From the NCBI GenBank assembly GCA_951406725.2, contig OX597839.1:24118001-24182000 (forward strand): DNA of 64,000 bases, written 5' to 3'. Below the pieces are notes generated by a model. That model was not told the origin of the DNA, ran no database searches, and saw nothing but the letters and a program-made list of their open reading frames with translations. Positions within the stretch are counted from its first letter, which is position 1, and each line of letters begins with the position of its first letter. The position numbers and the translations under genes were made by a program. Source of the stretch: Octopus vulgaris (Eukaryota). Positions 24,602-35,730 of the stretch are shown here, in pieces.

Positions 24602-25834
24602 CTACTGTAATTGATATTACTTTCATGAAAACCTCATCCAAACACAATTTGGACATGTAATTAGGGACTCGTTATTAACATAATTTCCTATTTTCCTAAC
24701 AACAACAGTTAAATATCTCTGAAGAATGGTACACAAAGTTCGTTGTGTGGACTTGAGTAAATTCCTCTGCAAGAATTAATGTGGATCATTGGAACTGTTT
24801 GTGGGCCAATTTAATGTCAAATAAACAGATGTTAACAAAAGAATAAATGAGATCTGTGAGGTGGGTAGGTGTCGCTTTTTTATATTTCGCTTTCTTTTTT
24901 TCCTAAATAACAATTTGTGCACGCTCTAATTACAGACAGTTAACAATATAAACTATACAACATTGCTGTGTGGTAGATTAATCAGATTTGGTTGGAATAA
25001 CCGAAAGATAAGCAATCTATAGGCAACATTATAAAGCAAATGAAGTGTTTTGTGAAAAGATAGATAGGAGTGGAGCAAACAAAGAGAAGAAAAGGCTGAA
25101 CGGCTGGGGACTGATAGAGTAGAATATCAAACATGATTAGAGGAACAATGGCTGTGAAATAAATGACTGATTGCTGATTAGATGATGATGATGATGATGA
25201 CAGGCCTGTAGTTTACATGTAGCCATTGCTTGTAGGGGGACAAGAGGCATCCCCAGAGCAAGGCACATAACTCTGCTCCACATTGGCACACTAACAATAA
25301 AGCTACACTTGTTTCACAGAAGCAAATAGAACAGACAGCAAAAAAAACAATTACTTCAAATATGTAAAAAAAAAAAAAAAATTTTTTTTAATTAAAAACT
25401 AAAAACAAATGCCCTGCCCCATGGGAAATTTAATGCATAAACAGGTAAACCATCAACAAAAGACTTCATCCATTTGGTACCTCCTAATTTCTATCCTTCC
25501 TCTTTTTCTGTTTTGCGCTCACAGACACTGAGAGTCTATAACAAGTCACAGAGATTACCTCATTGCAACAATAAGGTACCCAGTCTATGAGCGCCGGGTA
25601 TTGATACCCAGCTGATATAGGGCCATTGCCGTGCTCCAACTAAACCACTTGACCATTATGACACCAACATGCCTGGGATTGCTTTTGTTCTATGTTCCCT
25701 TTCGTTACCAGATTTCTGTTGAAATACATTGCTTTTATTTCAACTAATTTTGAAAATATGAAGAATTTAATAAAATAAATTTTGTCACTATTAAGCTGAT
25801 GTTTGAAACAAAATAATATAACATTTTGATAGAA

Positions 25835-26056
25835 TGCTCCAGTTCACTCATCTGTAGAAATGAGTTGTGACGTCACTGGTTCCAAGCTGTATTGGCCCCT
25901 TTGCCTTTCCCTTGGATAACATCAGTGGCATGGAGAGGGAGAGGCTGGTATGCATGGGTGACTGCTGGCCTTCCATAAACAACCTTGCTCAGACTTGTGC
26001 TCAGATGGTAACTTTCTAGGTGCAATCCCATGGTCATTCATGACCGAAGGGGGTCA
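25835..26056 (+). mobile_element. SINE family D, 3' part
   Basis: Reverse-complement match to 12763-12965. Confidence 0.8.
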
Positions 26057-26268
26057 CCCACTCCCTCAAATGTAATACTTATTTATTCACATTGTTGTTT
26101 ATTTTTAGAATGACACTGTAGGGTAAGTGTGATAGGCTAGATCTGGCATGTTTGAACAGAACAGGTAGAATACTTGGGCTGGATATGACCAGTATAAATG
26201 CTAACAGGTTAAACCATTAATGACCCAGGTTGCCAAAATGTTCACTGATTTATTCAATTTTATCATAT

Positions 26269-26661
26269 ACCTGAGGGGATGCTGAAAAGTTCCTGGCTTT
26301 AAGGGTATCGTCAAAGGCCTGGGTGGAGGCTCAACCTTCTGAGTTCTTTTTACAGGGCTTAGAAAAACTGAAGGACCGCTGCAATAAGTGTGTGAATCTG
26401 AGAGGAGGGGAACATGTTGAATAAAATCATAATTAACTGATCCTCATCCTGTATTTTCTTTTACCCAAAGCCAGGAACTTTTCAGCTCTTCCTTATATAT
26501 AACACACACAGCAGAGGGTGAAGGGCCATTGCAATAAGTGTGTGAATCTGAGAGGGAAACATGTTGAATAAAATCATAATTAATTGATCCTCATCCTGTA
26601 TTTTCTCTTACCCAAAGCCAGGAACTTTTAGGCTCTTCCTTATATATAACACACACAGCAG
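26269..26661 (+). mobile_element. Internally deleted mariner-type element (26269-26496) plus a tandem duplicate of its right end
   Basis: TIRs GCTGAAAAGTTCCTGGCTTT / AAAGCCAGGAACTTTTCAGC with TA flanks. The internal peptide EAQPSEFFLQGLEKLKDRCNKCVNLRG..EHVE* is typical of a mariner transposase C-terminus. Confidence 0.8.
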
Positions 26662-26878
26662 AAACAAAGTGGGTTAACCTGTAAATTAACTCTGTCAACC
26701 TGTTTTTAATTACATTTATCGTGAAAACCTAACCAAAAAAAGACCTTGTTGGTGCCTTGTGAAAAGCATTCAACCCATTCTAGGAAGGGACTGGCATCAG
26801 AAAGGGCATCCAACCGTAAAAATTATGTCAAACAGACCTTGCTGGTGCCACATGAAAAGCACACAGTTCACTCTGTAC

Positions 26879-27112
26879 AAGGCGGCGAGCTGGCAGAAAC
26901 GTTACCACGCTGGGCGAAGTGCTTAGCGGTATTTCGTCTGCGTTACATTGTGAGTTCAAATTCCGCCGAGGTCGACTTTGCCTTTCATCCTTTCGGGGTT
27001 GATAAAAAAAAAGTACCAGTTACACACTGGGGTCGATGTAATCGACTTAAAACCTATGTCTGTCCTTGTTTGTCCCCTCTGTGTTTAGCCCCTTGTGGGT
27101 AATAAAGAAATA
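26879..27112 (+). mobile_element. SINE family B inserted in an RTE tail fragment (~26745-27250)
   Basis: Full B copy; both flanks match the RTE 3' UTR. Confidence 0.88.
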
Positions 27113-27419
27113 GGTATTAAGGAAGGGAATTGAACCATGAAAAACAAGCAGTAAAACAGACATTGAGGCTTGGTACAGTCCCTGCTTTGTTAGCTCCAAC
27201 CAAACTGTCCAACCCATGCCAGCATGGAAATCAGACATATGATGAGGATGATAATTTAGTGGAGGTGAGCAGAAATAAATGCACTGATCTTTCCCCGCTA
27301 ACTTCCAACATATATTCCAAATTTTGGGGATCTCCAGCCCTATCAATCACCCGCAACCTCCACCCCCATGGGTGTTTCTAAAGAATCTGCAAAGGTGGGG
27401 GAAATTTCAAATGCCTTAC

Positions 27420-27553
27420 CTGGCTGCACTGAGGTACATCATAAGTTCTCCATCAATAACACACAGTGGCCGCCAACGTAGCTCTTCCATGTGTTCGCTT
27501 TTCTCTGGCATGTCTGACGGAGACACATCACGTTTATATTCAGGAAGCCGAGC
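27420..27553 (-). CDS. RERE: RERE/Atrophin-2-like exon (ELM2), 134 nt, phase 0 / 2
   Basis: Acceptor ttgctttgtag|GCT and donor AG|gtaagg. Translates ARLPEYKRDVSPSDMPEKSEHMEELRWRPLCVIDGELMMYLSAA(R), fitting the ELM2 pattern A.LP...EEL.W.P...MYL.AAR. It is in frame with both neighbouring exons and absent from the ORF track. Confidence 0.94.
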
Positions 27554-27652
27554 CTACAAAGCAAACAACAAAACAAACTCTGTCACTAAACATATTAAAT
27601 ACACATTATAATAATAATAATAATAATAACAATAATAATAATAATAATAATA

Positions 27653-28317
27653 TATTCACTGGGTAATCTGCAAAAACCTGGATTTGCCCCATGAAAAGAA
27701 CTGGTGGGAAAACAAACCACCTCCAGTGCTTGAAAATGACCACATCTCACTCCTCAGGAACTTCCCCATTCAAACTGACAGAAAGATAGATGCAAATAGG
27801 CCAGACATCATATTGAAAGACTTCAGACAAAGAACATGCCTCCTCATTGATATGACTGTCCCAATTGATATAAACGCATCTCTCAGGACCTACCAGAAAC
27901 TGAGCAAATATAAAGATCTTGAAATAGAAATCAGCAAAATGTGGAACCTGAAGACTAAAACAATACCTGTTGTCATAGGTGCCCTGGGAATGATAGCAAA
28001 AGGGGCTGATTGCTACCTAACTCAGATACCAGGAAACCCAAAAATGGCAGAAATTCAAATGATAGTGCTCATGGTAACTGCTCATATCCTACGCAAAATA
28101 CTTTCTATGTAATCTCAAGGTTTAAAACAAACATTAAAAAATTTTTTTTTATTTTTAAGACATCCACCAGTACAACACAAAAAACAACCAAATATATGGC
28201 ACACTAGGCATAACAACAACGTGACCTTCCAACCTGTTGTCTCCTGAGGTCTCTGGGTGAGACTTGGAGCCAACTTGTACAAATATAAAGCGAAAGTCAA
28301 ACATATAATAATAATAA
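27653..28317 (+). mobile_element. 5'-truncated Dong/R4-clade non-LTR retrotransposon (restriction-like endonuclease domain plus 3' UTR)
   Basis: ORF 27684-28112 has QTDR...NRPDIIL...LLIDMTVP...KLSKYKDL...IPVVIGALG (PD-(D/E)xK RLE). It is flanked by (AAT)n on both sides, the known Dong target. Confidence 0.9.
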
Positions 28318-28636
28318 AGCAATTGTTAAACAATTCAGTGATGACATCAGAATGCAATTTAGCCTCGATAAATGTGCAAAAGCTACCTTTATCAAAGGAA
28401 AAATGACAGAAACATCTAACGTTAACCTTGACCAGCAGCATGTCATAAAAGAGTTAGACCCAGCGGAGAGCTACAAGTACCTAGGGGTAATTGAAGGGGA
28501 CGGAATAAGGCATTCAGTGATGAAGGAAAGGATCAGGAGAGAATGTTATTGCAGAGTAAAAGCAATACTCAAGACAGAGCTGAATGCGAGAAACAGGATC
28601 GAAGCGATCAATGCTTTAGCCATACCAGTCGTGGCT
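28318..28636 (+). mobile_element. Dong/R4-clade reverse-transcriptase fragment (RT motifs 6-7 and thumb)
   Basis: AIVKQFSDDIRMQFSLDKCAKATF...SYKYLGV...KTELNARNRIEAINALAIPVV. Confidence 0.88.
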
Positions 28637-28844
28637 TAGAGTTTCAAGATGCCACGCATATATATATATATATATATATATATACAAGTAATAAGAGAGA
28701 GACCACATGTGGTCACTCTAACGCTAGAAATAGATCTGCAAAGGGAATCCACCACTAAAGAATTGTTCTCAAGTATTAATTCAACACGTCAAGAATTCAA
28801 TTTTTTCACCCTTATTCTGATTTTAATTATATGTATATATATAT

Positions 28845-29095
28845 ATATTGGTAAAAACGGTAAAATAACAAAAGAAAGAAAGAGACCTCATTATTATGTA
28901 AATAGAGGAAATTTATCTGTAAAATAATATGTGACAATTATTCAATAGCCAAGATAAAACTCGGATTTTTTCATAGCATTTTTTCAGATGGCCAGATAAC
29001 CGAAGAGATGGTGTTGTGGATTCCCACTTCGGCAACCGAAACTCAGAGTTTTATCTTGGCTATTGAATTGTTGTCACATATTATTTTACAGATAT
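28845..29095. mobile_element. Penelope-like inverted pLTR fragments with a 48-bp inverted repeat and a hammerhead-like core
   Basis: Arms 28915-28962 and 29046-29093 are 46/48 complementary. Core CCGAAGA...GAAACTCAGAGTT. Embedded in (TA)n. Confidence 0.5.
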
Positions 29096-29104
29096 ATATA
29101 TATA

Positions 29105-29590
29105 CTAGCAGTATCGCCCGGCGTTGCTCGGGTTTGTAAGGGAAATAACTATATAAGCATTTTTAGAGAGTTACTCCCCTTATAGATGCCAATTTGGGCT
29201 TTCTTAGCCATTTCTGTTTTGGTGTCTTCAAGCCATGAAGTCGTTGTTCTAAAAGAACGCTGGTCTCCTTGACAACGCTTTACGACGTTGATTTCCTTAC
29301 ACTCCCGTCCCCACAGCTTCACGAAGGAGGGAAGAAGGGGGAGAAGCAAACAGGTGCCGGTGTGACCATGGACGCCAACTCTGCCGCCATCGACACACGA
29401 AAAATTATGCATTAAAATGGAATAAAAAATGATGTTAAATTATTTTTTAAATCGTAGACGCGCGCTAATACTCAGACGGGCTTGATATGAATTACGACTA
29501 TAAGATACCCGAATTTGGTTAAACTGCACCGCAAAATGTGGGAGTAGTTAGGAATCTAAATCGAAGGGGACAGACACTCACACAACTACA

Positions 29591-29600
<10 letters not shown>
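29105..29600 (-). mobile_element. Non-autonomous Helitron
   Basis: Minus-strand 3' end: hairpin CCCGAGCAACGCCGGG, then CTAG|T. Both ends are shared with 46589-46986. Confidence 0.8.
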
Positions 29601-29631
<31 letters not shown>

Positions 29632-30521
29632 TACTGTTGCTCCATTTTTGCATCCCAATGAAAAAAACAAAGGCGGAGGGGGGGATATCTCAAACATTAC
29701 AATTTACATTCAGACATGAAACTTGAGTCACTTGAAAAATCCCAGAAATGCATTATACAAACACACACATTTATATATTCTGCCCAAAACTGGCCAAGGA
29801 GCACATAGAGAATTTTCATTAATGTTAAGGAGATTTAAATCCGATTTAAAACAGCAACCTGTTTCAAAGAGAAATACAGAAATAATTCCGCTTCCTTCTG
29901 CTGCCAGAATTGCTGTATATTGGATTATTAGACTCTTTAATATTTCCTGAGAGTACATCAATTACACATGCAACACGGACAATTCCAAACTAATTTTACT
30001 AGATGCCTCCTTATCTCGACCAAAACTTCTCTTGTCTGGCAATGCTGACAGCACTTAAAAGGGGTTTTGTTGTTTGGCGGAGGAAGTTTAACGAGTAAGA
30101 CATCAGCAATTAATAACAGTACCACTGTTTACGATAATCAATAAACTACCCCCTCTCTCTCTGCCTCTATCTCATGCTATCAAACTGGCTTCAAAGATCA
30201 GCCTTTAACAGTTTGAGAAGCCAGCCTAGCCATGCATAAAGTTCACACCAAACAAACCGCAGTAAGATGGTTTCCTCTTGCACTGGTAGAACCATGTTAA
30301 GAAGAAGGATAAAAACAAAACGAATAATAACAATAAAGGAATTAAGCAAATAGATAGATAAGTGAAGGAAAATAATGATGTTGATGATGACGACGATGAT
30401 GATGATGAAGACGACGACTAAAAAAAATCTTCTCATTACAATGAGAAATCTGTTTGTCAATAATGTTGCTATGCAACAAAGAAAAGAAATATTTCCCTGT
30501 GGAACAGGAAAAAAATCCAAG

Positions 30522-30549
30522 ATATATATGTATGTGTATATATATATGT

Positions 30550-30592
<43 letters not shown>

Positions 30593-30853
30593 CACACACA
30601 TACATAAATACAAATACATACATATATATACATATGTATGCATATATGTAAATATATACACACATATATATACATATATATATACACACACACACACATA
30701 CATATATATATATACATGCATATATGTATATACATACATACACACATAGATGTACATACATATGCATATACATACATGTGTGTAGATATATATATATATA
30801 CATACATACACACACGTGTGTGTGTATGCCTATATATATAGACACACACATAA

Positions 30854-30904
<51 letters not shown>

Positions 30905-30921
30905 CTCACAGATATATATAT
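30522..30921. repeat. Mixed (TA)n/(CA)n/(TACA)n microsatellite field
   Basis: Directly visible. Confidence 0.95.
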
Positions 30922-31416
30922 TGAACATGCAAGACAGAGAAAATATCAAAAGACAAAAACAAAAAATAAAACCCAAACAAAATGCATATTTATTTGTCGG
31001 TGTGTAGTGTCGGGTCAGAGAGGGAGAGAGAGAGAGAGGGAGGGAGAGAGGGAGAGAGAGAGGGAGAGAGAGAGAGAGAGAGAAAGATATTGGAAAAATA
31101 TATTCTTTTAGATTTATTGTGTGTATCATTTGGGAAAGATATTTAATACAACTTTGATGAGTCAGAGACATTAAGAGATCCTGTTATGCTTAACAAATAC
31201 ATCATCCAGAAAAGATATTGAACGGTGCAGCCGCACGCTTTCTGGGAGTTTTTTTTAATATAATAATAATCATCATCATCATCATCATTACTATTACTAC
31301 TACTTTTTGGTTTTTGTGAAACCGTTCCTGTTATTTTCTTTTTATTTAATGTCGAGAAAATATTACACCTCCTGTTAGGTTTTATACCACATCTCATCCG
31401 TCATCAACGCCATCAA

Positions 31417-31448
<32 letters not shown>

Positions 31449-31895
31449 CCATCGAAGTCGTTATATTCATTGTCAATTTTCATATTCCTTCTCTCGTCTC
31501 CATGCAATATAGATCCCGCTTGCCGGGTTATTTCATTGACGTAGCTCCCTTAGTAACAACAAGCATTTACTAAATAGCTGCTTTTTTCCCCCCTTTTTTT
31601 TTTTGTGCGTGTGTTGTTTTTACCATTTCTAATTTTATGGCCTGCCACACAATGCGAAATGTTGTCTGGTAGAAGACATGGCATCACCAAGTGTTGTGCT
31701 TTATTACAGTTGAAGTGGAATTCAGATGGAGTCAGCAGAGCTGGGCATTAAGGGTCTGCGATTTGTTTAGGATTAATCAAAGACCAACATCTGTTGTTCG
31801 GTTCTAGAAAATGGTTCAAACTCTCTTCTACTAAGTCATTTCATCAGAAAAAAAAACCCCAAAATTTTTTCTTTTTCTTGTGTTTTTAACAAAAA

Positions 31896-32700
31896 CATCA
31901 TCATCATCATCATTTAACGCCCACTTTCCATGCTGGCATGGGTTGGACAGTTTGACTGAGGATTGGCAAGCCAGAAGGCTCCACCAGGCTAGTCTGATCT
32001 GGCAAGGTTTCTACAGCTGGATGCCCTTCCTAATGCCAACCACTCCAGAGTGTAGTGGGTGATTTTTATGTGCCACTGGCACAGGTGCCAGTCAGGTGGT
32101 ACTGGCATTGACCATGCTCATATGTTGCTTTTTAAATGCCACCAGCATGGGAGCCAATCTGGTGGAACTGGCATCGACCAGGCTCAAATGGTGCTTTTTA
32201 AGTGCCACTAGCATGGGTGCCAGTCAGGCGGCACTGGCATCGGCCATGATAATGATTTTACTTGGCTCAACAGGTCTTCTCAAGCGTAGTTTATTGCCCA
32301 ATGATTGAACGGTACTCATAAATGGGTCGATTATACAGCACTAGCGTACACAATGGCTATGGTTTCACTTGGCTTGCCGGGACTTCTCAAACACAGCATA
32401 TCTCTCCAAAGGTCTTGGTCACTTGTCATTAGTTCTGTGAGGCCCAACATTTGAAGGTTGTGCCTCACCACCTCATACTAAATCTTTCTGGGTCTACCTC
32501 TTCCACAGGTTCCCTCCACTGCTAGGGTATGACACTTTTTCACACAGCCGTCCTCGTCCATATGCAACACATGCCCATACCAGCGCAATCGTCTCTCTTG
32601 CACACCACATCTGATGCATCTAATGTCCAACTTTTCTTTCCGAGCGCTTACACCCTGACATTACACATCCAGCAGAGCATACTGGCTTCATTCATTGCAA
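31896..32700 (-). mobile_element. 5'-truncated RTE-clade LINE (ORF C-terminus, repetitive 3' UTR and (GAT)n tail)
   Basis: Minus-strand peptide EASMLCWMCNV...KLDIRCIRCGVQERRLRWYGHVLHMDEDGCVKKCHTLAVEGTCGRGRPRK has the RTE-type RLRW.GHV...GRPRK motif. Confidence 0.88.
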
Positions 32701-33158
32701 GCTTCTTGTATATAAAGCTATCATGGAATATAGCAAATCTTTTATCTTTTGGTTCATTCATTACATTGTGGCCTTCTTGGAGCAGTTTGCTTCTTCAAGT
32801 TGGGTACTTATTGGTCTACATTACTGAACTGCTAAGTTATGGGGACATAAATAAACCAATGCCAGTTTTCAAGTGGCAATGGGAGTGATAAACACAAAAA
32901 AAAAGACACTGTGTGTGTGTGGGTGGCATCCATAGCCTGTTTTAAGATGGTTTCTACAGTTGGATGGCCTTCCTAATGCCAACTGCTTTATGCATTGTAC
33001 TAAATGGGTGACCCTGCAACAGGCTAGCAGCCTGAGCAAGGGGAGTGTAGGTTTGCTTGCCTAGCCATTGGTGTGGCAAAAGAATGCTGAAATGCATTGT
33101 GGCCAGCAATGTATAACAACACCCAATAGCCTGGTCGATCACACACACACACGTATCA

Positions 33159-33206
<48 letters not shown>

Positions 33207-33254
33207 TATACATATACACACACATATGAAATGGCATAAAAAAGATGGTCTCAC

Positions 33255-33408
33255 CTGGTGGCTCGTGCCAACCCGAATTTCTCCCTGCGTTGTCGCCAGC
33301 CTTTTGCTTTCAGGATTATAGCCCAAGATATAAAAGAAGGAATCCTGGACAGGTTTAAATTCTCGGGCAGACACAATATCTTTGAAATGTTGAACCTTAC
33401 ATCTGCCT
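33255..33408 (-). CDS. RERE: RERE/Atrophin-2-like exon (end of BAH, start of ELM2), 154 nt, phase 2 / 0
   Basis: Acceptor tttatttcag|A and donor CAG|gtgaga. Translates (R)[51 protein letters not shown], containing [12 protein letters not shown] and the ELM2 signature GEIRVG.SHQ. Confidence 0.96.
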
Positions 33409-33578
33409 CTGAAATAAAGAAGAATCAAAAGAAAAGAAAACATGGTAATTCAATTAATAAATCAAGTTAGGTTGCGGCAATGACAAGAAAAATTTGCAAA
33501 TCAAAACCAATTCAGAATTTCTAATTTAAGTGTTTAGTATTTAGCTTTTTCATTCAACCCTTCAGTATGTCAACAAGA

Positions 33579-33964
33579 GGAGGCGCAATGGCCCAGTGGT
33601 TAGGGCAGCGGACTCGCGGTCGAAGGATCGCGGTTTCAATTCCCAGACCGGGCGTTGTGAGTGTTTATTGAGCGAAAACACCCAAAGCTCCACGAGGCTC
33701 CGGCAGAGGATGGTGGTGATCCCTGCTGTACTCTTTCACCACAACTTTCTCTCACTCTTACTTCCTGTTTCTGTTGTACCTGTATTTTCAAAGGGCCGGC
33801 CTTGTCACTCTCTGTGTCACGCTGAATATCCCCGAGAACTACGTTAAGGGTACACGTGTTTGTGGAGTGCTCAGCCACTTACACGTTAATTTCACAAGCA
33901 GGCTGTTCCGTTGATTCGGATCAACAAGAACCTTCATTGTCGTAACCGACGGAGTGCTTTCCAC
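33579..33964 (+). mobile_element. SINE family C (tRNA-derived), full length with TSD, inserted in a MITE-F
   Basis: A box TGGCCCAGTGG and B box GGTTTCAATTCCC. TSD ATGTCAAC(A/C)AGA at 33567-33578 and 33965-33976. Confidence 0.85.
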
Positions 33965-34490
33965 ATGTCAACCAGACATATGTGGACCAAGTATTCCTCC
34001 TGTTTTATATTCAAACTGGCCAGATTCAGCCTCTCACACTTACCCAACAATGTCATTCTAAAAATAAACAATCCCATCATTGAAATTTCATGAGATAATG
34101 AGATGATGCATGATTAATTGAAAACAACGTGGATAAATAAGATTGTGTAACCTAAATGCTAAAGGGTTGAATCAGCCAAATCAGGCCCAAATATTCTACT
34201 GGTTTTTATGCTCAAACCAGCCAGATTTGGCTTCTCACACCCACCCTACAATGCCATTCTAAAAAGAAACAATCATATCATTGAAATCTCAAAGCTATGA
34301 GATAATCCATAATTTAAAACAATGTGAATAAATAAGGTTTAGACTGCTAAAAGATTGAATCAGCCGTATCCAGCCCAAGTATTCTACCTGTTTTATGACC
34401 TCACTGGCCATGTTTGGTCTCTCACACCTATCATACAATGTCACTATAAACATAGACGAATTGAAATCTTACAGCTATGAGATAACTGCA
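33965..34490. mobile_element. Tandem array of about 3 MITE-F units
   Basis: Repeating ~190-200 bp units ending TGCTAAA(G/A)G(G/A)TTGAATCAGCC. The third unit resumes at ~34935, after a SINE-A. Confidence 0.75.
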
Positions 34491-34507
34491 CGAAATAACT
34501 GTAGCTA

Positions 34508-34933
34508 TACTCTCTCTCTCTTTTCCTCTCTTTTACTCTTTTACTTGTTTCAGTCATCTGACTGCGGCCATGCTGGAGCACTGCCTTTAGTTGAGCAAAT
34601 CGACCCCGGGACTTATTCTTTGTAAGCCCAGTACTTATTCAATCGGGCTCTTTTGCCGAACCGCTAAGTGACGGGGACGTAAACACACCAGCATCGGTTG
34701 TCAAGCAATGCTAGGGGGACAAACACAGACACACACATATACACACACACTTATATATATATACATATATACGACAGGCTTCTTTCAGTTTCCGTCTACC
34801 AAATCCACTCACGAGGCATTGGTCGGCCCGGGGCTATAGCAGAAGACACTTGCCCAAGATGCCACGCAGTGGGACTGAACCCGGAACCATGTGGTTGGTT
34901 AGCAAGCTACTTACCACACAGCCACTCCTGCGC
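34508..34933 (-). mobile_element. SINE family A, full length
   Basis: Matches family A. Confidence 0.92.
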
Positions 34934-35500
34934 TATGAGATAATTGAAAACAATATGAATAAACAAGCATTACATTTGATGGGGTAAAGCCCTGTGCAGG
35001 GTGCTTGCGACACAATGGGTTCAACTCAATGCAAGTGGTGATATTAAGCCAGGTGATGGATTACACCTGTTACCCAAGTGCATGTACAGTCCACAGGGCA
35101 GGCTTCCTCACAGTTTCCACGCAATCAGTTTTCGCTCAGAAAGTATTGGTCAACCACAGTCTATGTATATCTGCCCGAAGACACCTAAATCAATCTACTT
35201 ATAACAACTTCCACCTTCACGAGCTTCATCGGAGTTAGCAACTCGTGAGTCACCAAGGTGGCGGTTCTCTGAGTTTTGCACCTTCTCTCAAGGGTCCCCC
35301 CCCCATTGGCTAGTTGCTGGCTTTTAGGTTGATCAGGGTCTAATCTTTGCTTATATAAATGCAGGCATGGCTCTGTGCTAAACTGTTCGCTTTCCAACCA
35401 CATGCTTCCTGGTTCAGTCCCACTTCATGCCACCCCTACTCTAGCCTCGGGTTGACCAAAGCCTTGTGAGTGTGGATTTGGTAGACAGAAACTGTAAGAA

Positions 35501-35555
<55 letters not shown>

Positions 35556-35699
35556 TATATAAATATATATGTGTGTGTGTGTGTGTGAACCTGGTGGTTC
35601 AGTAGAAGAGACTGATAGAATAGGTACAAGGCTTTAAAAAAAAAAGTACTGGGGGTTAAATAGCTTATGAACACCTTCGAAGCCGCAATTGTTATATAT

Positions 35700-35730
<31 letters not shown>

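Noticed and set aside
30191-31171. Long Tyr/Ile/Val/Cys/His/Thr-rich ORFs (also near 9421, 42509, 49226, 53910 and 55050)
   Set aside because: They are stop-free translations of TA/CA/TG microsatellites.
33579-33655. tRNA-like sequence (similarly 13005-13080)
   Set aside because: It has A and B boxes but no proper acceptor stem or terminator. It continues into a SINE body, and the 33579 copy has a TSD.
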